A DNA stretch of 30,351 nucleotides from Arcobacteraceae bacterium (GCA_048268245.1 JBLWVX010000018.1:1-30351); one strand, 5' to 3'; positions 9,493 to 17,933 are shown, counted from the stretch's first letter. Notes: a model not told the origin generated them from the letters alone. Numbers and translations: made by a program.

Positions 9493-9793
9493 ATAAAATA
9501 TCTTTTAAAGCATATTTTTTAAATGTACGGCTATTGTTGTCAATAGTAGCAATATCAACTTTTAGATTGAGTGACTTTTGTAAATCTTCTTTGATTTGTG
9601 AAAGTTTTGAAAAGGCTTCAAAACCTGAGTATTTTTCAACAAAAGTAGGTTCTATATCATAAAGTAAATCTATATCACTATCTTTTGTCTGTGTATTTTT
9701 AGCATAAGAGCCAAATACTCCTACAATTTTAAATCCATCTTTTAAAAGTTTTTGTTTTTCTATTTTGATTTTATCTAATAACTCTTTTTCCAT
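9485..9793 (-). CDS. mntA: Minimal nucleotidyltransferase (MNT/MntA-like) antitoxin
   Basis: GSX10DXD motif FGSYAKNTQTKDSDIDL plus KVDI; 102 aa, directly upstream of the HEPN gene. Confidence 0.88.
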   Translation of the reverse strand: MEKELLDKIKIEKQKLLKDGFKIVGVFGSYAKNTQTKDSDIDLLYDIEPTFVEKYSGFEAFSKLSQIKEDLQKSLNLKVDIATIDNNSRTFKKYALKDILYV

Positions 9794-9851
9794 AATATGC
9801 CTTTTTAGATATGTAATTATATCATATAAAATTAAACATACTCAACTTCTT

Positions 9852-11783
9852 TTATTTCTTATTATGATTTTCAAAAATATCTATATATCTTAATAATCTT
9901 TCTTTTAGTTCTTTATCTTCAAAAGAGTTAGCCCAATCTTTTAGTTCAGAAAAAGACCAGTTTTTAAGAGATGTACCTTTAAACTCTTCTTTCCACTCTT
10001 CTATTCTATTATCAATATTAGAATCTTTTGCTTTTTCTAAAAGAGTTAACATTTTGTATTGAATAAGCTCACTTTTATCATCTTTTACAAGCTTAGAATA
10101 TAAATTTAAATCTTTTTGTGAATTTAATTTATTTAATATTAAATTTGTTTCTATTTTATTTATTAAAGCTCTCGCAATTTGTTCTAAAATACTATTATCT
10201 TTTGAATATTCAAATCTTTTTACTACTTCATCATACACTTCAATCGATTCTTCACTTCTGTTTAAGTGTCCAAGTGTTATACCCTTATTATGTAAAGCAC
10301 TTGAAACTTTTTCTAATATACTATTATTTTTTGAATCTTCAAATCTTTTTACTACTTTATCATATACTTCTATCGCTTCTTCACTTCTGTTTAAGTGTCC
10401 CAGTGTTACACCCTTATTATGTAAAGCACTTGCAACTTTTTCTAATATACTATTATCTTTTGAATCTTCAAATCTTTTTACTACTTCATCATATACTTCT
10501 ATCGATTCTTCGATTCTGTTTAAGTGTCCAAGTCTTACACCTTTATTATGTAAAGCACTTGCAACATTCTTTAAAATGCTATTATCTTTTGAATCTTCAA
10601 ATCTTTTTACTACTTCATCATATACTTCTATCTCTTCTTTACTTTTGTTTAATTGTCCAAGTCTTACCCCCTTGTTAAATAAAGCTTTTACAACATTCTT
10701 TAAAATACTATTATCTTTTGAATCTTCAAATCTTTTTACTACTTCATCATATACTTCTATCGCTTCTTCACTTCTGTTTAATTGTCCAAGTGTTACACCC
10801 TTACTAACTAAAGCACTTGAAACTTTCTCTAATATATTATTATCTTTTGAATCTTCAAGTCTTTTTACTACTTCATCATATACTTCTATTGCCTTTTCAT
10901 CTTTATCAAGTTTTAAAAACTCTGAACCCTTATTAACTAAAGCTTTTGCAACTTCTTCCAAGATATTATTATCTTTTGAATCTTCAAATCTTTTTACTAT
11001 TTCATCATATACTTCTATTGCTTCTTCACTTCTGTTTAATTGTCCTAAAAGTAATGCATGAGTAAATAATGCTTGTATTTTATTTTTATCATTTTCAGCT
11101 AATTGAATTGCATCTTTAATGTTTGTAATTGCTTTTTCTATATTATTATTTTTATAATTTTCTATAACTATTTTAAATATATCTTTATAATCTTTTTCTT
11201 TCCTTTTTAAATCACTTCTATCATTTAAGCCATCAATAAATTCATCAATTTTGTCACTTGTTTCATTTTTTATATTTGATAGTTCTTTCTCTGCTTTTTC
11301 TTCTAATTCTTTTTTTGACTCTTCAACTATATTATTAAAAACTTTCTGAGCTTTTTCATCAATCCAACTTTTAACTTCTTCTTCCGCTTTAAATTTAGCA
11401 ATCCTTTCAAATTTAAAAGCAAAGAAAATAACTACAGCTGTAATCAATACTCCAAATAAACCTATTGAAGCAGATACTATTACAGACAATTTATCTACAC
11501 TAGAATTAATATCCTCAATTCTATTATTCTGATAAGTTATCTCTTTTTGCAAATCTTCTTTATTTACATACTCGTTTAACTCTTTTTCTAACTCTTTTAT
11601 CTCATTTTCTTTTTGAATTATCTGTCCCATGATAAGAGTGACTTTTTCATCGTTAATCTTTTGAGCATACTCTTGTGAAGTTTTGAGTTCAAATAGTTTT
11701 TGATTTATTTCTTCATTTGAAGCGAAAAGAGAAGATATAAATATAAAAGTTAAAATTATAGATTTAAAAAAAGAGTTGTTCAT
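9852..11783 (-). CDS. Membrane-anchored TPR-like repeat protein (signal peptide, coiled coil, one TM helix, 7 x 43-aa repeats)
   Basis: Signal peptide MNNSFFKSIILTFIFISSLFA; the ATG at 11783 has a GGGA RBS (the ORF track starts at GTG 11810). TM segment LSVIVSASIGLFGVLITAVVIFFAF, then a tandem repeat array. Confidence 0.88.
   Translation of the reverse strand: MNNSFFKSIILTFIFISSLFASNEEINQKLFELKTSQEYAQKINDEKVTLIMGQIIQKENEIKELEKELNEYVNKEDLQKEITYQNNRIEDINSSVDKLSVIVSASIGLFGVLITAVVIFFAFKFERIAKFKAEEEVKSWIDEKAQKVFNNIVEESKKELEEKAEKELSNIKNETSDKIDEFIDGLNDRSDLKRKEKDYKDIFKIVIENYKNNNIEKAITNIKDAIQLAENDKNKIQALFTHALLLGQLNRSEEAIEVYDEIVKRFEDSKDNNILEEVAKALVNKGSEFLKLDKDEKAIEVYDEVVKRLEDSKDNNILEKVSSALVSKGVTLGQLNRSEEAIEVYDEVVKRFEDSKDNSILKNVVKALFNKGVRLGQLNKSKEEIEVYDEVVKRFEDSKDNSILKNVASALHNKGVRLGHLNRIEESIEVYDEVVKRFEDSKDNSILEKVASALHNKGVTLGHLNRSEEAIEVYDKVVKRFEDSKNNSILEKVSSALHNKGITLGHLNRSEESIEVYDEVVKRFEYSKDNSILEQIARALINKIETNLILNKLNSQKDLNLYSKLVKDDKSELIQYKMLTLLEKAKDSNIDNRIEEWKEEFKGTSLKNWSFSELKDWANSFEDKELKERLLRYIDIFENHNKK
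10146..11048 (-). repeat. Intragenic tandem array, 7 x 129 bp
   Basis: The anchor TTATCTTTTGAATCTTCAAATC (with minor variants) recurs at 10195, 10324, 10453, 10582, 10711, 10840 and 10969, an exact 129-bp period. Confidence 0.95.
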
Positions 11784-11855
11784 AAAATTGTCCCATAAAT
11801 TTTTGAACACATTTTATTATTTTGTAGCTATATGTGAGGTTAATGATACTAACTT

Positions 11856-11996
11856 TATACCCAAATAAATAACTAGTTGTATGTAGATTCAAGGCGTAAA
11901 TATTTTTTCTTGATTGAGCCTACATTTAGTAGGTGATTGAAAGAAAAACTATTTGCAACGCTGAAGATGCGTGCAAATAGTTGATTTATTTTTATA
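11856..11996 (+). repeat. ERIC-like palindromic miniature element (141 bp)
   Basis: Bounded by TATA at both ends and begins TATACCCAAATAAAT. Contains CAAGGCG, a central GAGCCTACATTTAGTAGGTGATTG and CAACGC, matching the order of ERIC consensus blocks. Folds into one long bulged hairpin. Confidence 0.7.
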
Positions 11997-13902
11997 GAGC
12001 TTTTGCTGTGATTCTTGATAATCTTTGCGCAAACGCTACTGCGTCTGTGATATCCATACCCTCAGATAATTTTGCTTGGTCTAATAGTACCCATGATACA
12101 TCTTCTACCATTTTATCATCTGCTAAACCGTTTAATTTTGTTACGATTTCGTGGTCTGGGTTGATTTCTAGAATTGGTGCTGATTCTGGCATTTCTTGTC
12201 CCATTGCTCTCATCATTTGAGCCATTTGTGCCATTTGAGCATCACCTGCATCTTTTACTACACAAGATGGTGACTCACTTAGTCTGTTTGTTACTCTTAC
12301 ATCAGAAACTGACTCACCTAAAATATCTTTGATTTTTTTAGTGATGTCTTCAAATTTCTCTTCAACTTCTTTTTTCTCTTCTTCTGATTGCTCTACTTTT
12401 GGAGCTTCACAAGCTGTGATGTCTTTGAATTCCCACTCTTTATATGCACCATACATTGGAGTTACGATTTCATCGATCTCTTTGTCATCTAAGATTAAAA
12501 CTTCGATGTCATTTTTCTTATATGCTTCTAATAATGGAGAGTTTCTTAATACTTTTTCATTTTCACCTACGATAAAGTAGATAGCTTTTTGTTCACTATC
12601 AGCAGCTTCTTTATAAGCTTCTAATGAAGTCATTTTTCCAGCTTCTGTTTTTGTAGATTTAAATCTGATTAGTTCTAATAACTTATCTTTATTTGTGAAG
12701 TCTTGGTAAGCACCCTCTTTAAGTGGTCTATTGTATTGCTCAATAAATTCAGCATATTTTTCTTCATCTTTAGAAAGTTTTTTGATTTCAGATAAAATCT
12801 TTTTAACAGATGATTGTTTGATGTTTGCTAAAATTCTGTTTTCTTGTAAGATTTCTCTTGATACATTTAGTGGTAAATCTTCACTATCGATAATACCTCT
12901 AACAAATCTTAAGTAAGTTGGTAATAACTCTTTTTCATCATCAGTAATAAATACTCTTTTAACATAAAGCTTAACACCTGGTTGATAATCAGCTCTGTAC
13001 ATATCCATAGGTGCAGTTTTTGGGATATAGAAAAGTGTAGTGTACTCATTTACACCCTCAGCTTTTGTATGAATAGTAGCCATTGGGTCTTGTGAATCAT
13101 GAGAGATTGACTTATAGAAGTCGTTGTACTCTTCTTCTTTTACTTTTGATTTTGGTTGAGTCCATAAAGCTGTTGCTTCATTGATTTTTTCATGTCTTTT
13201 TTCAACTGTTTTTTTAGCTTCTTTTCCAGCTTTTTTATCTTCTTCGCTTAACTCTTCTTCTACTTCTTCACTATAGTTTAAGAAAATTGGGTAAGCGATG
13301 TGGTTTGAGTATTTACCAATAATATTTTCAATTCTTGGCTTACTTGCAAACTCTTCGGCTTCTTCATCTTTAAGTTTGATATAAATTACAGTTCCTGAAG
13401 ACTCTTTTGTACAAGGTGATAAATCAAACTCACCAGTACCATCAGAAGACCACTTATAAGCTTGCTCTTCACCTGCTTTTTTAGAGATAACATCTACTTT
13501 TGAAGCTACCATAAATACTGAATAGAATCCAACACCAAACTGTCCAATTAAGTTTGAGTCTTTTTTCGCATCACCTGTTAGGGCTTCAACAAATGATTTA
13601 GTTCCTGATTTTGCAATAGTACCAATAGAAGCAATTAAATCTTCTTCATTCATACCAATACCATTATCAATAATAGTTAAAGACTTATCTTCTTCATCAA
13701 AAGCGATATTAATCTCACCTGACCAATCTGCATATTGTTCTTTTAATTTGTCATCAGTTAATTTTAAATAGTTTAACTTATCAATTGCATCACTTGCATT
13801 TGATACTAATTCTCTTATAAAAATCTCTTTATTTGAGTATAAAGAGTGTGTCATTAAATGTAATAGTTGTCCTACTTCTGTCTGAAATTGATGTTTTGCC
13901 AT
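11992..13902 (-). CDS. htpG: Molecular chaperone HtpG (Hsp90)
   Basis: Motifs HSLYSNKEIFIRELVSNASDA, DNGIGM, GTIAKSGT, IGQFGVGFYS, LYVKRVFI, LRFVRGIIDSEDLPLNVSREILQ and LEINPDH. RBS AGGAG. Confidence 0.99.
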   Translation of the reverse strand: MAKHQFQTEVGQLLHLMTHSLYSNKEIFIRELVSNASDAIDKLNYLKLTDDKLKEQYADWSGEINIAFDEEDKSLTIIDNGIGMNEEDLIASIGTIAKSGTKSFVEALTGDAKKDSNLIGQFGVGFYSVFMVASKVDVISKKAGEEQAYKWSSDGTGEFDLSPCTKESSGTVIYIKLKDEEAEEFASKPRIENIIGKYSNHIAYPIFLNYSEEVEEELSEEDKKAGKEAKKTVEKRHEKINEATALWTQPKSKVKEEEYNDFYKSISHDSQDPMATIHTKAEGVNEYTTLFYIPKTAPMDMYRADYQPGVKLYVKRVFITDDEKELLPTYLRFVRGIIDSEDLPLNVSREILQENRILANIKQSSVKKILSEIKKLSKDEEKYAEFIEQYNRPLKEGAYQDFTNKDKLLELIRFKSTKTEAGKMTSLEAYKEAADSEQKAIYFIVGENEKVLRNSPLLEAYKKNDIEVLILDDKEIDEIVTPMYGAYKEWEFKDITACEAPKVEQSEEEKKEVEEKFEDITKKIKDILGESVSDVRVTNRLSESPSCVVKDAGDAQMAQMAQMMRAMGQEMPESAPILEINPDHEIVTKLNGLADDKMVEDVSWVLLDQAKLSEGMDITDAVAFAQRLSRITAKAL

Positions 13903-13985
13903 TCTAATTTCTCCTATAATTTTTAAATTTTATTTTGATAATTTTAACAAAACTTTATAAAAGAAAGCTAAAGTTTTAATAAATT

Positions 13986-14012
13986 TTAGCACTTTTATCA
14001 ATCAAGTGCTAA
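13986..14012. promoter_or_regulatory. CIRCE-like HrcA operator upstream of htpG
   Basis: TTAGCACTT-N9-AAGTGCTAA, a perfect inverted repeat with a 9-nt spacer. Canonical CIRCE is TTAGCACTC-N9-GAGTGCTAA. It overlaps a minus-strand extended -10 element TGCTAAAAT (13983-13991). Confidence 0.8.
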
Positions 14013-14091
14013 TTTTATATACTTTTTCAACTTTACATTTGTTAAACAAAATTAAAATATAATTATTTATTAATTATAAAAAGGACTCAAG

Positions 14092-14466
14092 ATGTTAAAA
14101 AATATTATAAATAAAAAAAGTATTTATTATGTGACAACTTTGTTTATTGCTTTAATCGTTGGTTTTTATGGTGGAATAGTAGATATACTTCAAACAAATG
14201 CAGTTCTTGAAGTAAATAAAACCTTACAATATCCACTATACTTTTTCCCTATGCTTGGAGTATTCAAAATCTTAGGAGCTATTGCTTTACTTTTACCCAG
14301 AAATTTTTCTACTATAAAACAGTGGGCTTATGCAGGTTTTACTTTTGATTTTATTGCTGCTTCATATTCACATTTTGCTATTGGGGATTCAGTTGACAAA
14401 ATTATTACACCTTTAGTGATACTTGGAATTCTTTCTATATCTTATTTTTTAAAAAATAAATTTTAA
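14092..14466 (+). CDS. DoxX-like family membrane protein
   Basis: Motifs LQYPLYF..MLGVFKILGAIALL.P and KQWAYAGFTFDFIAASYSH; four hydrophobic segments. Confidence 0.85.
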   Translation: MLKNIINKKSIYYVTTLFIALIVGFYGGIVDILQTNAVLEVNKTLQYPLYFFPMLGVFKILGAIALLLPRNFSTIKQWAYAGFTFDFIAASYSHFAIGDSVDKIITPLVILGILSISYFLKNKF

Positions 14467-14532
14467 TTTATTATATAAAAAAAAGATATAACTAGATAGA
14501 CTTACAAAATAGATAAACTAAAGGATAAAACT

Positions 14533-16410
14533 TTGGATAAAAACAAATTTTTAGAAGATTTAAACGAAGTATATGAGTACTTAGATGCTCAAAAAACAAA
14601 TACAAATAAACTAATATCTCACTTAGAAAATAAAGAGTATGAGAAATTAACTATCATTGATGAGTTTGCAAAAAAACTAGACTTAGAAATGAGAGATGAT
14701 TTAAGATTTGCCCTGCTAACTAGACTTGTAAGCCTTAGAGATGACTCACTTGTACAAGTACTTAAAAAGTATGAGAAAAGTGAAGAAGAGATAGTAGAAC
14801 TTCAAGAGAAAGCATACTGCTTTGTAAGAGACTTTTGGCATGAAAAGCATAAGAACACAATCGATTATATAAAAAACAACAATTTACTAACTCCTTTTTA
14901 CCAAGAGATTTTCCAAGGTGTTTATAATGTAGGTCTTAAAATGTCTTCATGGCAGAGTGCATGGACTGCACATATTATAAATGGTATAAACAAAGAGTTA
15001 TTAGCCAAATTTGATGGTGATGAGTCAAAAGTATATGAATACTTAGAAAACAATCACTTATATGATTTAGGTCACAATGATATGATAGCAGATAGATCAT
15101 ACTCAGCACTTGTAAAACAAAAAGAGGATTACAAATCTCAAGCATATATCAAAGCTTTCAAAGAGCAAACAACAGCTGTAGTAGATGAATTAGAAGAGTT
15201 TGAAGAAAGACTTATTGAACTTGAAGATGAAGTATATGGTGAAAAATGGAACTATATTTTATATATCCAAACACTAATCAAAGCTTTTAGTGAAGACAAA
15301 GAGCATAAACTAGTTGAGAAATGGGCAGATGTAGATAGAGCTTGGATGAAAATAAAAGCCCCTATTCAAATAGGTCACCCTTTAGAGTACTATGAAGATC
15401 ACTTTAGAAAAGCAGTTGCTCTTGAATGGGATATAAGACTTTCAAATCCACAGTTTGCACAAAATGACCACAGAGTAAACAAAATCAAATCAGCTTTTGC
15501 AAAAGTATTTAATAGAATTGAGCAAACACAAGAATACAAAAGTATTTATGATTTTTCACTAAAATCACTTGATAAGGTACAACTTTATATAGGAAGACCT
15601 GCTGTATTTTTTGGAGCTGAGTTCAATGGACTATTTTCAGCCCAAGTTGTACCAAATGATGAGATAGTTTCAAAAGAAGAAGGTAAAAAAATCTTTGCAT
15701 TTAGTGATGAAATTCTTCAAAGCAGTCGTGCAAAGCCATTTTTAAAGATTTCAAAAGAGACTTTTGGACAAGAGCTACTTACAGAAGATAGAACTTTCCT
15801 TTTCAATGAAACTTCAAAATGGCACCAAGTTTATGATATCACTACTATTGGACATGAGTTTGGTCATATTTTATGGTGTGATGATGAAACAGAATCAGCT
15901 ATGAATAAAACAGGAAACTTCAAAAACATAGAAGAGTTCAAAGCTACAACAGGTGGATTAGTTTCATTTTTCCTAGATGAAGAAGATGATGAAAAAGAAC
16001 TAGAAAGACAAGTACTAATAGATACAGTAAAAAGAGCCGTAGGACTTATGGGATGGATGGAAGTAGATGAAGTTCAACCTTACTATTGTGAAGGTCTTAT
16101 TCACTTAGATGGACTTTTTGATAGTGGTATTTTAGATTGGGATGAGAAAAACCTAATCGTTGATATGAGTGATGAAAAACATGAAGCACTTAAAAAGTGG
16201 TATGTTCAAACTTACACAGATTTAGCAAAACACTACCTTGATAAAAAAGACGCAACACAGTTCTTAAATCAGTATGCTGTAAAAGAAGAGAAATACTTCA
16301 TGCCAGTAAACAAAAAAATAAACTCATTTGTAAAATACTACTTTAAAAGATACCAAGAAATTGGTCAAGAGTTAGATACAGAAGATAAGAAAGATAACTA
16401 CATAAACTAA
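14533..16410 (+). CDS. ciaB: Invasion antigen CiaB family protein
   Basis: 625 aa with motifs QIGHPLEYYEDHFRKAVALEWDIR, GLFSAQVVPNDE.VS...GKKIFAF, TIGHEFGH and FKNIEEFKATTGGL. TTG start with AAGGA RBS. Confidence 0.92.
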   Translation: MDKNKFLEDLNEVYEYLDAQKTNTNKLISHLENKEYEKLTIIDEFAKKLDLEMRDDLRFALLTRLVSLRDDSLVQVLKKYEKSEEEIVELQEKAYCFVRDFWHEKHKNTIDYIKNNNLLTPFYQEIFQGVYNVGLKMSSWQSAWTAHIINGINKELLAKFDGDESKVYEYLENNHLYDLGHNDMIADRSYSALVKQKEDYKSQAYIKAFKEQTTAVVDELEEFEERLIELEDEVYGEKWNYILYIQTLIKAFSEDKEHKLVEKWADVDRAWMKIKAPIQIGHPLEYYEDHFRKAVALEWDIRLSNPQFAQNDHRVNKIKSAFAKVFNRIEQTQEYKSIYDFSLKSLDKVQLYIGRPAVFFGAEFNGLFSAQVVPNDEIVSKEEGKKIFAFSDEILQSSRAKPFLKISKETFGQELLTEDRTFLFNETSKWHQVYDITTIGHEFGHILWCDDETESAMNKTGNFKNIEEFKATTGGLVSFFLDEEDDEKELERQVLIDTVKRAVGLMGWMEVDEVQPYYCEGLIHLDGLFDSGILDWDEKNLIVDMSDEKHEALKKWYVQTYTDLAKHYLDKKDATQFLNQYAVKEEKYFMPVNKKINSFVKYYFKRYQEIGQELDTEDKKDNYIN

Positions 16411-16432
16411 GGGCTAAAAGCCCTTAGTTTAT
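16402..16432 (+). terminator. Intrinsic terminator after ciaB
   Basis: Perfect 14-bp inverted repeat ATAAACTAAGGGCT-AAA-AGCCCTTAGTTTAT. Confidence 0.75.
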
Positions 16433-16505
16433 ATAACTACAAAATAACTCTATGTAAACACAAAATAACATGCTAAAATAAAATAAACTGTTAGAAGGAT
16501 ATATT

Positions 16506-17933
16506 ATGAAAGTATTATTAACAGGCTCAACAGGATATATCGGTAGAAGATTAAAACAAAAACTACTAGCAGATGAAAACATAAATCTAAGACTTTTTGT
16601 AAGAAACAAAAAAAGTCTATCATCAAATATGAAAAAAGATGTAGAAGTTGTAGAAGGTGATACATTTAATAAAGGAAGCCTTAGAAAAGCACTTGAAGGT
16701 GTTGATGTAGCTTACTATCTTATTCACTCACTAAATAGAAGTGATTATAAAAATCTTGATAAAATCTCAGCAAAAAACTTTGTAGAAATCGCCAAAGAGT
16801 GTGGTGTGAAAAAAATCATCTACTTAGGTGGTCTTGGTGTAAAAAATGATGACACAAGTGAACACCTACTAAGTAGACTTGAAACGGGAGAAGTTTTATG
16901 TCAAGAAGAAGGTATTCAAACTATTTGGATTAGAGCTGGAGTTATTATAGGTTCAGGTAGTACTAGTTTTGAGATTATTAGAAACCTAACTGAGAAACTT
17001 CCTGTAATGACCACACCAAAATGGGTATTTACAAAAGCTCAGCCAATTGCTGTTGATGATGTTCTTGCATATTTACAAGAATCAATTCACTTAGAAACAA
17101 AAGAGAATTTAATAGTTGATATAGGTACACAACAACTAACTTATAAAGACATGATGATTCAAACAGGTAAAGCTTTAGGCTTAAAAAGAGTTATTATTCC
17201 TCTTCCTTTCTTATCAATCACACTATCTTCTTATTGGCTAAATCTCTTTACACCTGTACCTTTTCAAGTTGCAAAAGCATTGATTGAAGGGCTTAAATCA
17301 GAAGTAGTTATTCAAAATAACAATGCTTCTAAATATTTCCCAAATATCAAACCAATGCCTTTTATTCAAGCAGTTGAAAAAGCAGTAGAAGAGATTGAAA
17401 CAAATCAAGTTATAAGTAGATGGAGTGACAATGCAGGTAAAATCTGGGAAACAGACCACTCAAAAGAAATAGCTGATGCTATTTTTATTGATAGAAAAGA
17501 GATAGATATATCTCATTTAGATAAAGAGAAAGTATATAAAAGTTTTATCAATATTGGAGGTAAACATGGTTGGTTTGACTATGATTTTCTTTGGGAACTT
17601 AGAGGAATACTTGACAAACTAATAGGTGGAGTTGGACTTAAAAGAGGAAGAAGAAGCCAAGATGATTTAAGAGTTGGAGAGAGCTTAGACTTCTGGAAAG
17701 TTGTAGATATAAAAGAAAATGAAAGACTTTTACTTTTTGCGCAAATGAAAGTACCAGGAAGTGCATGGCTAGAATTTAAAATAAAAGATGACAAACTAAT
17801 TCAATCAGCCTACTTCTATCCAAAAGGAGTTTTTGGTAGATTATACTGGTATGCACTTGTACCACTTCACTATTTTGTATTTACAAATATGATAGAAAGT
17901 ATTATCAAAAAAGCTCAAAAGAAAGAAAAGTAA
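16506..17933 (+). CDS. Atypical SDR NAD(P)-binding oxidoreductase with a C-terminal DUF2867 domain (YbjT-like)
   Basis: Rossmann motif TGSTGYIG, YYLIHSL, IIYLGGLG, SEHLLSR and RAGVIIGSGS.SFE. C-terminal LDFWKV, LLLFAQMKVPG.AWLEF and GRLYWY. Confidence 0.9.
   Translation: MKVLLTGSTGYIGRRLKQKLLADENINLRLFVRNKKSLSSNMKKDVEVVEGDTFNKGSLRKALEGVDVAYYLIHSLNRSDYKNLDKISAKNFVEIAKECGVKKIIYLGGLGVKNDDTSEHLLSRLETGEVLCQEEGIQTIWIRAGVIIGSGSTSFEIIRNLTEKLPVMTTPKWVFTKAQPIAVDDVLAYLQESIHLETKENLIVDIGTQQLTYKDMMIQTGKALGLKRVIIPLPFLSITLSSYWLNLFTPVPFQVAKALIEGLKSEVVIQNNNASKYFPNIKPMPFIQAVEKAVEEIETNQVISRWSDNAGKIWETDHSKEIADAIFIDRKEIDISHLDKEKVYKSFINIGGKHGWFDYDFLWELRGILDKLIGGVGLKRGRRSQDDLRVGESLDFWKVVDIKENERLLLFAQMKVPGSAWLEFKIKDDKLIQSAYFYPKGVFGRLYWYALVPLHYFVFTNMIESIIKKAQKKEK

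Noticed and set aside
10146..11048. Repeat array as a CRISPR array or a DGR template/variable repeat
   Set aside because: Units are contiguous, in-frame coding repeats with no unique spacers, and there is no cas or reverse transcriptase gene in the window.
10118..11061. Long plus-strand ORFs 10118-10678 and 10576-11061
   Set aside because: They lie antisense to the 129-bp array; a stop-free unit repeated in tandem produces long open frames automatically.
11856..11996. Palindrome as a simple terminator or an integron attC site
   Set aside because: Too long and bulged for a simple terminator. I did not see RYYYAAC...GTTRRRY ends, further copies between downstream genes, or an integrase.
11981..12916. 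Plus-strand ORFs 11981-12220, 12329-12580 and 12731-12916
   Set aside because: Antisense shadows of htpG.
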